Shown: piece by piece, positions 37,660 to 51,628 of the stretch
How positions within the stretch are numbered: the stretch's first letter is position 1
Layout: each line of letters starts with the position of its first letter
Assembly: GCA_964016885.1 (NCBI GenBank)
Contig: OZ024744.1
Coordinates: forward strand, 55,862,001-55,926,000
Origin: Eledone cirrhosa
Lineage: Eukaryota
Direction of reading: 5' to 3'
DNA length: 64,000 nucleotides
The notes under the pieces: model-generated
What the model saw: the letters and a program-made list of their open reading frames with translations, nothing else
Databases searched by the model: none
What the model was told of the DNA's origin: nothing
Program-made: the position numbers and the translations under genes

Positions 37660-40600
37660 CACCACACTGGTTATTAATTAGGCTTCTCCCTTAACCCATC
37701 ACATCCCGTTCTCTCTCTCTCTCATTCCAGTGGTTCAGAGCCAGACAGATTTCTGAAAGGCTACATGGATTCCTAAATACTTTCAGTCTGTCCCCAGTTC
37801 ATTCATAGATATTACTTCTCTCTTGCAGGTATCTGCCTTCCTTCCTCATCAATTACAAAATGCCCCGTTCACATCGTTTATTTTTATTGTTGTTATTCCT
37901 AAATCTCCTATGATGATATATGTGTGCTGGCTGCCTATCTCACTATTTCCCTCCCTCGCACCCACCACAATAGGCTATTCGACCAATCAAACCTCAACCC
38001 ATTATCAGCCCCAACAAACACTGCCACTACTACTACTACTACTACTGCACTCCTAGCCCTTACCAGCCCCAACAAACTGACATTACTACTACTGTCCTAA
38101 CTCTGCGCTAAATAATAATTCCTTTACTGATATCTATGGATGAGCTGAGGATAAATGGAACAACCCCGAATTAATAAATTAATATGAATCCACGAGCTAC
38201 CAAACACCCATGCAAAGCTTTAATCCAGAGACAGGAAGCATACACACCCCTGCAAAAATTCACCCCATCCTACAAGTGATGGCAAATGTCCAAAACTCCA
38301 AGTTGAAACCATCAATGTAAGCACAATGAAAGGAAGAACAGGATAAATTGTAGAGATGATAGAGCGAAAGTAAATTGATGTATGCTGTGTGCAAGAGACT
38401 AGATGGAGAGGAGAGTCCACTAGAGTCCTTGTAGGCAAAAGTCAGTGCTACAAATTTTTCTGGGTGGGAAATGACAATGGGATGGGAAGTGTAAGTATAC
38501 TATTAGCTGACAAAAGGTAATCTCAGTGAACAGGGTGAATGCAAGAATCATTAAACTCAGACTAGTCCTGAATAAAACAATTGCCACAATAGTATCAGCT
38601 TACGCACCCCAATTGGGTTGCCAGATGACCTTAAAGATAGGTTTTACAAGTTCCCAATGCACACTACTGCCCTAACAAACGACAATGACATCCTAATCAT
38701 TGCAGGAGATTTTAACGGACACATTGGTAAACATTGTGACGGCTTCTATAGAGTCCATGGAGGCCACGGGTTTAGCACAAGAAATGAAGAAGGCTTCAGG
38801 CTTCTGGAATTCTGTGAGGCCAATGACATGTTGATATGTAACACAAACTTCAAAAAACCCGACAAACATCTGATCAACTATAGATGGACGGTTGTAAACA
38901 CAAAAGCCTTCCCTTGTGAGTAATGTACCTCCCAACATAACTTAGTTGTCAGCGACCTCACTGTCAAACTAGACAGACTTGAAAACAGAAGGCAACCTGG
39001 AGAAGAAAGATCTGGAAGCTGAAAGACCCCTCAGCCAGTAACAGATTTAAAGATATCTTCTTCAATGCCTATTACAGTAAAGCAGAACAGATAGAGACAT
39101 TCAATGTAGAAGAGCACTGGGAGTTCCTAAAAAATAACTTAAAGACGACAGACGCGATCTGTGGTTGGAGCAAGACCACAGGCAGAAGGAGAGAGACTTG
39201 GTGGTTAAATAATAAGGTAGATGAGGCAGTTAAGGCCAAGAGACAGGCATGGAAAGAATGGAAGAACGGGGGAAGCTGGGTACATTACATAGAGACCAGG
39301 AGAGAAGCTAGGCGACAAGTATACTTAGCTAGAAGGGAAACAGAGGATAGAAAATTCAAGCATGTTTTGCAACATGAGGACCAGAAACAGGAGGTGTTCA
39401 AGATTACGAGGCAGTGTGTCAGAGATAGTTGTGATGTCATTGGAGAGAAGTGTATCCGGAATGATAATGGTGAGCTTGCCCTCGCAAGTGCCGAGAAGAA
39501 AGCTGCATGGAAGAGCCATTATGAAAGATTACTAAATGAGGAGAATGCATGGGAAAAAGAGACCCTACCCCAAGCGGACCCTATAGAGGGGCCAACAGTA
39601 CAAGTCAGCAGCAGCGTAGTAAGTAAGGCAATCAAAGATATGAAGACAGGGAAGGTAACCGGTCCATCGGATATAGTTGCCGAGATGCTGAAGGCATCTG
39701 GGTTGGTAGGTCACACTATAACCACACGAATGTTAACCAGGTGTCATACCAAAGAATTGGTGCAGCAGCATCATTGTCAACTGCTACAAAGGTAAAGATG
39801 GTGCACTAGATAGAGGAAACTAAAGAGGTGTAAACCTGATGGACCAGGTCATGAAAGTAACAGCTGATTAGGGACCGGGTGAAACTAGATGAGATGCAAT
39901 TTGGGTTTGTACCAGGAAGAGGCACCACTGATGCTCTCTTCCTTGTGAGGCAGTTACAGGAAAAGTACCTAGCTAAAAGTTAGCTGCTCTACCTGGCATT
40001 CATCGATCTGGAAAAAACCTTCAACAGAGTCCCCCGTGCTATAATCTGGTGGGCTCTTAGACAACTAGGAGTAGATGAATGGCTTGTGAAAGCTGTACAA
40101 GCCATGTATAGAGGAGCAGTCAGCAAAGTTAGGATTAGCAATGACTATAGTGAGGAATTTAGCATACAGGTTGGTGTCCACCAGGGCTCTGTTCTTAGCC
40201 CTCTCCTGTTCATCATAGTCTTGCAGGCAATAACGGTGGAGTTTAAGACCGGATGCCCATGGGAACTCCTATATGCAGATGACCTCGCACTTATAGCTGA
40301 ATCTATGGTGGAACTAGAGAAGAAATTCCAAACATGGAAACAGGGACTAGAAAGAAAGGGTCTCAAAGTCAACTTGACAAAGACTAAGGTTCTTGTAAGT
40401 AGACGAGAAAACACAATCCAGATCCCCTCAGGGAAATGGCCTTGCTCAGTGTGTAGGAAAGGTGTAGGTAGGAGCTCCATCCTCTACCCCAAATGCAAAC
40501 AATGGGTACACAGGAGATGTAGTGGGATCTCAGGAAGCTTAACTAAGAATGTAGGCTTCACATGTAGCAGCTGCACTGGGATAGCAAACGCTCACAGGAA

Positions 40601-41491
40601 ACAAGCACCACCAAACTCTGTAGAAACAGTAGACAGCTTCTGCTACCTAGGTGACCGAATTAGCAGCGGAGGTGGGTGTTCAGAAAGTACAATAACTAGG
40701 GTAAGAACGGGATGGAAGAAGTTCAGGGAGCTACTGCCACTGCTAGCTGCAAAAGGCTTTTCCCTCAAAATGAAAGACTGTATGATGCGTGTATACGAAC
40801 AGCAATGTTACATCATAGTGAGACCTGGGCGCTGTCTGTAGAAGACTTGCGCAGATTAGAAAGAAACGAAGCTTGCATACTCCGATGGATGTGTAATAGT
40901 AATATACTCGAACAGCAAAGCATAATCGAATTGAAAGACTGAGCATAAGAGGAATCAAATGCTGTGTGCTGGAGAGGAGGTTGCTTTGGTATGGACATGT
41001 GATGCATATGAAGGATGACAGCCGCATAAAAAGGTGCAGAGCACTAGAAGTCGATGGAAGCCGCGGAGTGAGGAGACCCATGAAGATCTGGGATGAGGTG
41101 AAAGAAGCCGACCTTACCCAATTCCACTTCTCAAGGGCGATGACACACGACCATGACCTCTGGCATCATGCAGTAATACAGAAGACCCGACTTCCCACAG
41201 GAACAAGCCGAAGCATATAAACAATATAGCCCCACCCCCTCCCACTGCAAAGTGGTTGTGGAGGTGCCATGACAAAAAAGCATCCAGCCCACACTGTAAA
41301 GTTGACGTGTAGGCACCATGGAAAAAAAAGCACCCAGCACCGACTAAATGAGGTTGTAGAAATCAAGCCAGAATCAGTTCCTGTATGAGCAAGACAAGGT
41401 CAGCTGACTGGACACTGCCCACAATAGGACAACCCATCTAACCCATGCTAGCGTGGAAGAACGGACGTAAAACGGTGATGATGATGATGAT
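37660..41491 (+). mobile_element. Near full-length RTE family C LINE, degenerate
   Basis: APE remnants from ~38290 (CCVQETRWRG, AGDFNGHIG); RT ORF 40086-40841 with QGSVLSP, YADD and the PHD-like insert; GAT tail. The 5' boundary is approximate. Confidence 0.92.
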
Positions 41492-41725
41492 ATATATATA
41501 TAATTTTTGATGATTTAGTGTTAAAGAATAAAAACTAATGATAAAATAAAAATATATTCTAAAATGAGGCCCCTGTGGGTACACCAATAAGATATTTAAG
41601 TCTATTAGTAGATCTCATTCTTTTTTTTTTTAGCCCTTTTTTGGCTCTTGTAGATTCAATATTATGCGAGATAATTATGTGAAATAAAGTGTTTACCATG
41701 AAAATACAATAGTATATATAGAGTA

Positions 41726-42033
41726 ATCATTTCATTTCACGTCCGCTTTTCCCTGCCTGCAAGGGTGGGATGGGAACTGATTCTGGCTTGATTTCTACAG
41801 CTGGATGCCCTTCCTAACACCAACCTCATTTACAGTGAGTACTGGGTGCTTTTTTTCCATGGCACCTCCACGACCACTTTGCAGTGAAATGATATGGACC
41901 CCAGTCCCTATCATCTCATTTCTACAGCTATAAAGTGTCTTGCTCAAGGAAACAACATCACCTGGTCTGAGAATTGAACTCACAACCTTTCGATTGCAAA
42001 GCCAATGCTCTAACCACTAAGCCGTGTGCCTCC
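41726..42033 (-). mobile_element. SINE family S3, second copy
   Basis: Reverse complement of 10103-10424 with a small internal deletion. Confidence 0.88.
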
Positions 42034-43531
42034 ATGTAAATGCATTTATATCTATCTAGGAACTTTCCAACAATTTTATGTAAAGAAGCTTTGTTAAATT
42101 ATACTCCAAATACTAACTTAGTTATATTACAAAATCCCTGCAAATTCTTGATTTTTTAAATTATTTGGATCTCACAAGCATTGTCTTTTATTAGAAATAT
42201 GATAATGAAAGGGTTCATTTGTTTTTGCAAAACAGGCCACATAGCTTAGTCAAAATAATTTATTTCATACTGTAAAGTTGGATGCTTATTTATCTATTTT
42301 TTTAACTGCTTATATAGAAGCTCAACAAATAGTTTTTTTTTTAATTTTTAGTGGATGTATTTAATTTCTTAAATTGAATTTCTGTGCAATAGGAAAGATA
42401 TTGTTGCAAAGGAAATAAAACCAAAGGGTGTTGGTGCTGAATAGGATAAAAACTTCAGAAATGAAATTGTAGCCTACTAAAAGGAATATGTATGGTGTGT
42501 AACTTGAGAGAATTAAGTAAACATGAAATTCTTGGAGAATAAAATTAATTTCTACAGCATGTGTTTTGTGTGTTGGCTGTGGCAGCAGCATTACATTTTG
42601 GAAGGATATATGGGGCAATGGAAAATGTTTGGTTATGTTGTAAAGTGAATTGTAAATTATTTACACACATTTTTTTCTTCTATCTAATATTATTAGTTTC
42701 TGTTATATAAATACATCTAGACTGAGTTGTATATGTGAGAAGGGTGAAGGAAGTTAGCATTCCATATTTATATTATTTTTGGATTATTCTATATAAGGCC
42801 ATATGAAGCTTGTGCAGGGGTTGGGGCAAGGCAAGGGTGGTGGTGGTGTGTATAGCATGTGTTATAGAGGGAGTGGAAAGACTGAATATTTTGTTCTTTT
42901 TTATAAAATCCTATTTCATTAAATTATAATTATTTCAATGTATTCAGTTGTATGTTTGAAGAATCAATGGGTATAAAGATCAGCTGGCTGGAATGGAAGC
43001 ATAATCAAAATAAATACAAGGGTTCCATTACATAAAGACATGTGGACTAGTGGTGTGGTTTCATGAGGTTGTGAGTGATTCCTGAACCTGGCAACACGTG
43101 TCTTTCAGCAAGAGGCTTCATTTCACGTTGCTCCAGTCCACTCAGATGAAAAAAATAGAAAAAAAATAAAGGATAACAATCACCAGCTGTAATAGCTAGA
43201 TGTTAAGCCCTGCAACAGAATTGGCATCTGGTTAAGAGATGGTGAGCAGGGGGGATTTAGACTGTCTTGCCAATGTGGTTTCATGTGGTATAGGACGTTA
43301 AAAGTTATCAATCCTAAAACCACAAAACTTAAATCGTACATTACATGAATTCACAATTTTATAGCATTGTTATTTAAGCAACTAAGATGTTCAAATTAAA
43401 TATTTCCTCCTAATAACATATCAAAGTTAATGACTGAAACACTTGCATTTCTTTGCTGAAGACCTGCTATCCAGCTCTCCTCAGATTTTCTTACCACTAT
43501 AACAAAGTGAATGTGTTTTTATGGTCTAATG

Positions 43532-43696
43532 CAGTCATAGGCAAACTGCAGCCCGCAAGCCACATGCAGCCCATTTGGCTTTCTGAATGGCATGCTGAAA
43601 TTTCAAAATTGCTTTGCATTTTTTAGTAGTGTGGCCTGCCTTACTAAGAACCACATCCTCTGTGGCCCACTACTTGAAAAAGGTTGCCCATGCCTG
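43532..43696. mobile_element. hAT (Charlie-like) MITE
   Basis: Termini CAGTCATAGGCAAACT / AGGTTGCCCATGCCTG; perfect 8-bp TSD GTCTAATG (43524-43531 and 43697-43704). Confidence 0.85.
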
Positions 43697-43730
43697 GTCT
43701 AATGTTAAAAACATAACTATATCAATTTAA

Positions 43731-44422
43731 CCCTTTAGCATTTACATTATATTTACTATTGTATTTTCACAGAAAAGGCTTTAACTCACATAATAATCTC
43801 ACAACTGATGGATCAGGTTATGAAAGTGGCAGAAAGAATATTAGCGCAACTAATTAGAGAAAGGTTCAAATTAGATGAGATGTAGTTTGGTTTTGTGCCT
43901 AGGAAAAGTATAACAGATGCCCTCTTCTTAGTGAGACAACTACAAGAGAGGTGCTCCGTTGGATGTGCAATGTCAAAGTGCATGAACAACCAAGCATAGA
44001 TGAGTTGAAAGAGAAACTGTGTATAAGAGGGATAAGTTGTAGTGTGCGGGAGAGAAGACTGCGATGGTATGGACATCTGATGTGCATGGAGGATGACCGC
44101 TGGGTAAAGAAGTGCCAAGAAATCCCAGTAGAAGGAAGGCCACGAAAAACATGGGCAGAGATGGCGAGAGCAAACCTCAGAAGCTCACAAAGGAGATGAT
44201 GAAGGACCGTGACAAGTGGAGAGATGCTGTGCTGAATAGGACCTGTCCCACCCTTGCAAGCAGGGAAAAGCGGACGTAAAATGATGATGATGATGAATAT
44301 CGAATCCACGAGATTGATATTTATTTTGAGAACAATACCTAAACGTTGGTATGAGTCGCCAGTAACGACTGGTTTGAACGGAAAGAGGTGAGAGAATTCT
44401 GGCCAATTTAAATGCTAAGGAG
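43731..44422. mobile_element. piggyBac-like MITE interrupted by an internally deleted RTE-B copy (~43775-44295, +)
   Basis: TTAA|CCCTTTAGCATT ... AATGCTAAGGAG|TTAA; the two halves match 2631-2822. The insert jumps from VRQLQE directly to LRWMCNV. Confidence 0.8.
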
Positions 44423-45471
44423 TTAAACTTGTTATGGACACTAGTTTTACTTAACAGCACAAGGTAAAAATAAACAACTGTACACAATAAATGTCTCTTA
44501 TTTGATTAAACCGTTCCTGACCACATTTCTAATAAAAGCCACTGCTCTCATGGTATCCAAATAATTTAGAAAATAATCAAAAATTTGCAGAGATTTAATA
44601 ATATAACTAAGCTGGAGTATGGAGCATAACAAAGGTTTTTACATAAGATTTGATGGAAAGTGTTTAGATAAATATAAGCATTTTAAAATAATTTTGAATC
44701 ATAGAACCAGCAGTGATTGCAGGTGCAGGAATTTAGTAATAAGATAAAACTTTCTCAAGTTGGTATTTAGAATGCCTTATCAAAAGTTCTTATGTAAAAT
44801 TATATTAGAAGATTCAAATTTTGTTATTGTTGCCAGCTGTGGAGAAGTTGTTCCCATCGTCATCATTTTTGCTGTTGCTGTCATCAATATTGTTGCTTTC
44901 CTCATTGTTATTGCAGTTTAGTTTAATCAATGGTCCTTTCCATCTAATTCCATTCAGTTGCACTCGTAAAACAAGGTACTTAGTTCAACTTACTTCAGTT
45001 TGATTACAGCTCTATCATACTTTATAAGATTTTATCTATACATAATTTTGAGCAACTTCCGTCAGTGTGTGTGTGTGTTTGTGTGAATGTACGTGTGTGG
45101 TGTGTGTAAAAGGAAGGAAGGGGATGGTGAAGAAACTATAGTGAAACAGCAGCTGGCGTTCCATTTGCTACACTATGAGAGTGTATGTGTGTGTTTGTGT
45201 AAATGTATGTGTGCGTTTGTGTGAATGTATGTGTATTTGTGTGAATGTATGTCTGTATGTGCGTATTTTTGTAAGTGTGTCTGTGTTTATGCATTTATAT
45301 TTATATATCCATACATATAAATGTATACACATACACACATACATACGCATCAGCATGTCGAAAAAAATCCTAGTATTCTAAATCTGAAACTGTAGATGAT
45401 AAATAATTTCTAAACTGATTACATTGAGGTAATGTCTGATGTCTGTCATATATCTAAAATCTATAGATATA

Positions 45472-46227
45472 CGAAGGCGGCCTGAAGAGTTCATAGGCTG
45501 GCTATGAAGGGATGATGCTAGAGCTGTGAAATCTTGCCTACATTAATTTCAACTCTTCTTAATAAATACATTATTTCTTTCCAGGTAAATTGACTTTAAA
45601 AATAACTAGTAACAACTTCTCCTGAAAATAGAGAAAATTTGGCATCATGGTGTTATCAAGTAACTGTAGAAAAAGGATTTAGCCCCCTAGGACATTCATG
45701 CTGATATGGTTGCTACATTAGGGGATGACATTCCAGCTTTATAAATAGTGAAAAAATGGGTAGGCGAACTTAAGAGAAGGGAGTCTTGAAGATGACCCAA
45801 GGTCTAAACATCCTGCAACTGCCGCCACCGAGGAAAACAATAGTGTTCACCACATGGTGATGGTTGACAGGCAATTGACTATAAATCATACAGCCAATGT
45901 TATTAGTATATCCCTATGAGCAAGTTGAGAATATTTTGCACAATGAATTTGGCTTGATAAAGGTTTCTAGTTCCTGATGTGGCCCCATCTGACTATCATC
46001 TGTTCCACAACAGAGAAAGACACTTGGCTAGGAACCAGTATTACAGTGATGATGATGTCATATCTGCTGTTCATGACCTTTTTTACCAACAGGATGAAAG
46101 CTTCATCACCAATGGGATCCGATAAAAGAAGTGTGTGGACTGCCATGGGGATTTTGTTGAAAAATAAACTTCATTTGGCCACATGAGAGTGTCTTGGTCA
46201 GCCTATGAACTTTACAGCCAACCCTCG
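45472..46227 (+). mobile_element. Internally deleted mariner transposon
   Basis: TA|CGAAGGCGGCCTGAAGAGTTCATAGGCTG ... CAGCCTATGAACTTTACAGCCAACCCTCG|TA, with transposase remnants DIHADMVATLGDD, SLEDDPRS and PDVAPSDYHLF. Confidence 0.88.
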
Positions 46228-46489
46228 TATTCTATAGCACAGTTTAGCATTGAATCAATATATATAAATAAGGTATTTACATCAGCCACTTTCCACTATC
46301 GTTTTTTGTTTTCTCTTTAAAAATAATTTGCTATTCCACTTCCCATATATATATTTCTTAATTATATTGCTTAATATTTTACAACAGAAATAAACATGCT
46401 CCTGACTTGGCAACTGGCCCGACTGATGCCACATCCCAACCACCTGCCCTCCTTTCTATCCTCTTCCTGTCAGACAAACAGGAAGGTGG

Positions 46490-47200
46490 TAGATAGACTA
46501 TCTACTACCATGGGAACCTCTGTATGCCAATGATTTAGTGCTTATAAACAAATCAGCAGAAGAGCTAGAGAAGAAATTCCAGATTTGGAAACAGAACTTA
46601 GAGCCAAACGGGCTGAGAGTAAACTTAGGAAATGCTGAAGTTTTGGTAAGTAAAAAAGATGATAGAACCCTGATCCCATCATGAAAGTGATCCGGCTCAA
46701 TATGTAGAAAAGGAGTAGATAGTAACTCTATACAATGTACACAATATAAATCTTAGAGACACAAGAGATGTAGTTGGATCACAGGCAGACTAACAGACAA
46801 AGTAAACATTGTATGTCTATCCCAGGGAGAGTCCATGGAAATAGTTGATAGCTTCTGCTACTTAGGCTATCAAATTAGTGAGGGATGAAGTTGCACCAAT
46901 AGCATAGGAGCTTGAGTAAGAGCAAGATGGAAAAAGTTCAGGGTGCTACTGCCTCTTGACAATAAAAAGCTTCTCTCTATGAAAGAAAGGCCAGTTGTAC
47001 GATGCCTGTGTGTAAAGGGTGATGTTGCATGGTAGTGACACATGAGCAGTAAATGTGAAGGATATGTGAAAGCTAGAGAGAAATGAAGTGAGTATGTTCT
47101 GATGGATGTGCAATGTTAATATGAGCAAAAGACAAAATATAGATGAGTTAAGAGAAAAGCCAGATGTAAGAGGAATCAGATGCAACACTATACAGAATTC
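46490..47200 (+). mobile_element. Old degenerate RTE RT fragment
   Basis: PWE.LYANDLVL, EIVDSFCYLG and WKKFR remnants with many stops. Confidence 0.8.
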
Positions 47201-48887
47201 AATTTCTGCCAATGACTGGGTGTATAACCCTTTCATGATTACATTTCTCATGAAATACACAAAGGGCATTTACTAAAATTATTTACCCTTTCAATACCAA
47301 CCTACATGTAACTACCCCTGATTCTATGATGAAAAACTATTTGTTTTAAAGTGATCACCCTCATCATCACTTAATGTCTATTTTCTCTGTTAGCAATTGT
47401 TTTACAGACTAGTCAGTACTCAAGCAGAACCTCTGATCTGACCTACAATCCCACACTCTACTAAGTACATTTTATTGTGGTTCCAATAGTAAGGAAGAGG
47501 TCATGTCTTTGACACAGCTGAAAAGTCATCCCAGCCCTGTCTGGCAAATTTTCTATGGCTAGATGACCTTCCCACTACCAACTACTTTACAGAGTGTACT
47601 GAGTATGTTTATAATGTGTGTATATATATATATGCATGAAAGGATAAGCTGACCTCAGTGGGATTTAAATTCAGAGTCAGAACAAATACCATAAAGCATT
47701 TTGTATTACACTAACAACTGCCAATTATAATCAACAACAGCTCATCTCGCCATTGATATTTCCAGAGTTAGGTGACGGCATGGCTGTGTGGTAAAGGAGT
47801 TCACTTTGCAGCCACAGGGTCTCAGGTTCACTCTCAGTGTGTGGCACTTTGGACACTTTACTATAGCTTCAAGTTGACCAATGCCTTGTCAGGGAAATTT
47901 GGTGGACAGAAACAGCAGAAGACCATCATATGTGTGAACATATAATCATTGTTTTACTACTGTTTGCTATGTCGGTATGAGTATATATGTGAGTGTGATT
48001 GAGTGTGCATGTCTGCGTCTGTGTTTATGTCCCATAATTTAGCAGTTCAACAAAGAGAGATTGATAAAATATGTACAAGACTTGAAAAACAGAGTCCTGG
48101 AATCGACAAGATCGACAAAATCTCTTTAAAGTGGTGTCCCAGGATGCCCAAAGACAAACGTCTAAAATCAGTAAAAGAATAAAGTTGATATTCCTAAGAA
48201 ATAAGCTGTCAATACTGAATACAAAGATGATGTAGCCTTACTAAGCTTGAACAATGCTCTCATATTTCGGAAATTAAAATTAAACAAATCAAATAACGTC
48301 ACAGAAAACTATGATAGAATGTACATGTTCAAAGTACAAAAATATCAAAAGTAAAATTAAATTAAGGCAATGAAGACATACATTGTGTAACATCTTCAAA
48401 CATTCATTTATTATCACTGTTTACACATCACCAACACCATTGACAAAAACTGATTCAAATTTTTGATGAAAAATGTATTTATTCCACCACAGATTGATCT
48501 GAAGATAGATGGTGATGATGATGGTAGTGATAATGATGGTAGTGATAATGATGGTGATGAATTATTACTGTGTATATGTGAGCGAGACAGAGATTTAAGA
48601 TAACTGTTGATATTTTAAATGAAATTCTGTCTACTCCCTAATATCAGATGTTTCCAGTTAGGGTGTGTTAGCATATTTAGAAATCTTTGTCATAATACTG
48701 AATGCAATGTAGTATATGCATGCGCGCGCGCACACACACACACACCACACACATCCAGGATGTGTAACGCGAAGTTACTGTTGGTTCATCCAGGTGAGCA
48801 CTCAATGTTTAGGTTCATGTCAGTATCGAGATGTAGAGCTAGACAGAGTGTATTATGTATATCATCATCATCATCATTTTACATCTC

Positions 48888-49087
48888 GGAAAAAAAGCAC
48901 CCAGCACTCACTGTAAATGAGGTTGGTGTTAGGAAGGGCATCCAACTGTAGAAATCAAGCCAGAATCAGTTTCCATATGAGCAAGACATGGTCAGCCGAC
49001 CGGGCACTGCCCACGACAGGACAACCCGTCTAACCCATGCTAGCGAGGAATAATGGACGTAAAACAGATGATGATGATGATGATGAT
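48888..49087 (+). mobile_element. RTE family C 3'UTR fragment
   Basis: Matches 14895-15080 and ends in a GAT tail. It is preceded by a short inverted (CAT)n TTTAC tail remnant at ~48861-48885. Confidence 0.88.
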
Positions 49088-50826
49088 AATATCCCTTTAC
49101 CACAGCTTTTCAGTCTTTGGGCAGCACAATATCGGCTGGATTCAGGGGTTGGCTGACTGCCATCCTACTAGTATAAGCAAGGGAGGGGGATGATCATCCC
49201 TAAGATAATTTGCTATGGTTTATAGTAGTGTTCAGTTATATATTCTACTTTTAGACATGTGCAGACCTGTTGGCATGAACTGAAGCTCACAGGGGAACAG
49301 GCATTCGATTCATTTCATGAACATCGCTGTTTGTCCGTTCCCTTGTCACCTCAATTTTGGATTACCTCCTTGATTGTAATTTTATTATGTAAGACGCTGT
49401 CTGATGACAGCATGGCAGTAGCTTCTACACTGAATTGTGTAGACAATGTCGTCCTGGAAATATGTATAACGGCCTTATTAATAAAGGTCTTTATCTTCTA
49501 AACTTTGTGTTTCCTTCGTTTATATATATATGTGTGTATATATATATATATAAATATATATATACACACACGTGTATATTCACACACACACACACTCATA
49601 TAGACATACACACACACACACACGTGTATACATATCTACAAACAGACAGAAGAAATAATGCACACCCCATGAAATGCACTCCATCTATAAAAACAACAAC
49701 ACCAATGACACCCCCCCCACTCCCAGATGCTGAACTACTCACCATCCCCAGCCTTCTTAAAACTTTTCTTCTCAACTCCAATGTTCCAACTCTCTCTCTC
49801 TGAACTCTCAATTTCCTGAAGAAGCACTTATATGCAAAACATCAAACCTTCTACTTCCTCCTAAGCGTAATACTAATAAGACTGTGGTTTTGTATCTCTG
49901 TATTTGTCTTGTTATTTCTTGAACTATATGTATATACACGTATATATATTGTTTTATATACTATTTTTGCATTTATATTTTTCATAGAATGCAGAGACTA
50001 TACCCCTGAGGAGTGTGCAGAGTCTCCTGTAATTTAATCATAATCGATTACATACATTGATTTTACTTATGGTCTACTGAACACAAAATAGTGCTACAGG
50101 GAACTCTACTGATTCCATCTTGAGTACATATTCCTCTTTGAAATATGTGCTTTATATATATATATATAATATTGTGTATTCCCTATAATATATGCCCCCC
50201 CCCCCCTCTCTCATATATATATATAATATAAGATCAAAAGATGGTTAAAAGAATTCCAAGTATTTTATGCGCATTTCAAAAACAAATATCATGGGATGAT
50301 ATCTGCGTTCTCATCAGATAAAATAGGGAGACATGATATGAAGCTTAAAAAACACTTGTAAATAGTGAAGTTTTAAATCAACATATGAAAAATAGATTAA
50401 GATTGATGTATGAGATTGGGAAAAAGTGAGGGGAGGGGTGGAAAAAGTAAGGAAGAGATGAGAGTAAAGGATGGTGGGGGAGGAGGAATGAGAAGGAAGG
50501 ATGAGAGAAGAGGAGAGATGGGTGATAGAGAGAGAGAGATAGCCTTTACAACTGAGAAAAAATATACATTGTCTCACAGAGAGAAATTAAAAAGCTGTTG
50601 GAAGATAATAGATAATTTAAAAGATTTTGAAATTAAAAGTTAATGAGGTTTATGCATGAAGAAAAACGAATTAAGAATAGTATTAAATTAAGGTTTGTAT
50701 ATTGAAGGGTTTAATAATATGTGCGAGGAAAAGAATTTATTAATATGTATTATTAAAATTAAAATATTAATGTTATTAAGGATATGTGAAAAGAAGGAGA
50801 AGAATGAATGAGTTATGAATTTAGAG

Positions 50827-51185
50827 GAATTAGTTAGGGTTTAAGTTTGTTTTTATGTAATGTAATATGTGTACGTAAATAGTTTAAAATGAGTGCGGAA
50901 GGAAAGAAGAAAAGAATGTTTAAGGAAGAAAATATCTAACATCAAAAAGTATATATGTTTACGAAATATTTTCTAATAGTAATAATATAATATATTAAAA
51001 GAAATTAGTTAGGGTTTAAGTTTGTTTTTATGTATTGTAATATGTAAAAGTCAAATTAAGTAGTAGTTTAAAACGAGCATGAAAGGATGGAGGAGATAAG
51101 AAAAATTTAAGGAAGAAAAGAAATCTAACGTCAAAAATCATGTTTACGAAGGACTTCTAATGGTAATACTATAATATATTAAAAA
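50827..51185. repeat. Imperfect tandem duplication of ~175-180 bp
   Basis: AATTAGTTAGGGTTTAAGTTTGTTTTTATGTA.TGTAATATGT at ~50828 and ~51003; both copies end TAATA.TATAATATATTAAAA. Confidence 0.8.
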
Positions 51186-51542
51186 AATAATTTTTATGGC
51201 CAATGATATGAGGAAAGATGGAAGAATGGATAATGTGGTGAGTAATAAGAATTGAGAAGTAGTTGGGAGGGTCATGCACTCATATTTGCATTGCTTTATT
51301 GTGCTACAATAAAACTCACCTCCCATATATATATATATATATATATATATAGTTTAGCTTGTTCGCTTTTTTGGCTAAGGTGGTTAATGGCTTCTTAACC
51401 ATCGTCTCAGTTTGTATGACCATTTTAACTTAACTTATGTTTATAGCTCTGGTATCTTCATGTACATGGAGCGCTTGTCTGCACAATACAGAAGTTGCGT
51501 TTCGCCAATTTCTACCCGCCGAAATGCGATTCTCGCTAAATT

Positions 51543-51624
<82 letters not shown>

Positions 51625-51628
<4 letters not shown>

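Noticed and set aside
50830-51016. Interstitial telomeric repeat (TTAGGG)
   Set aside because: Only one hexamer per duplicated block, not an array.
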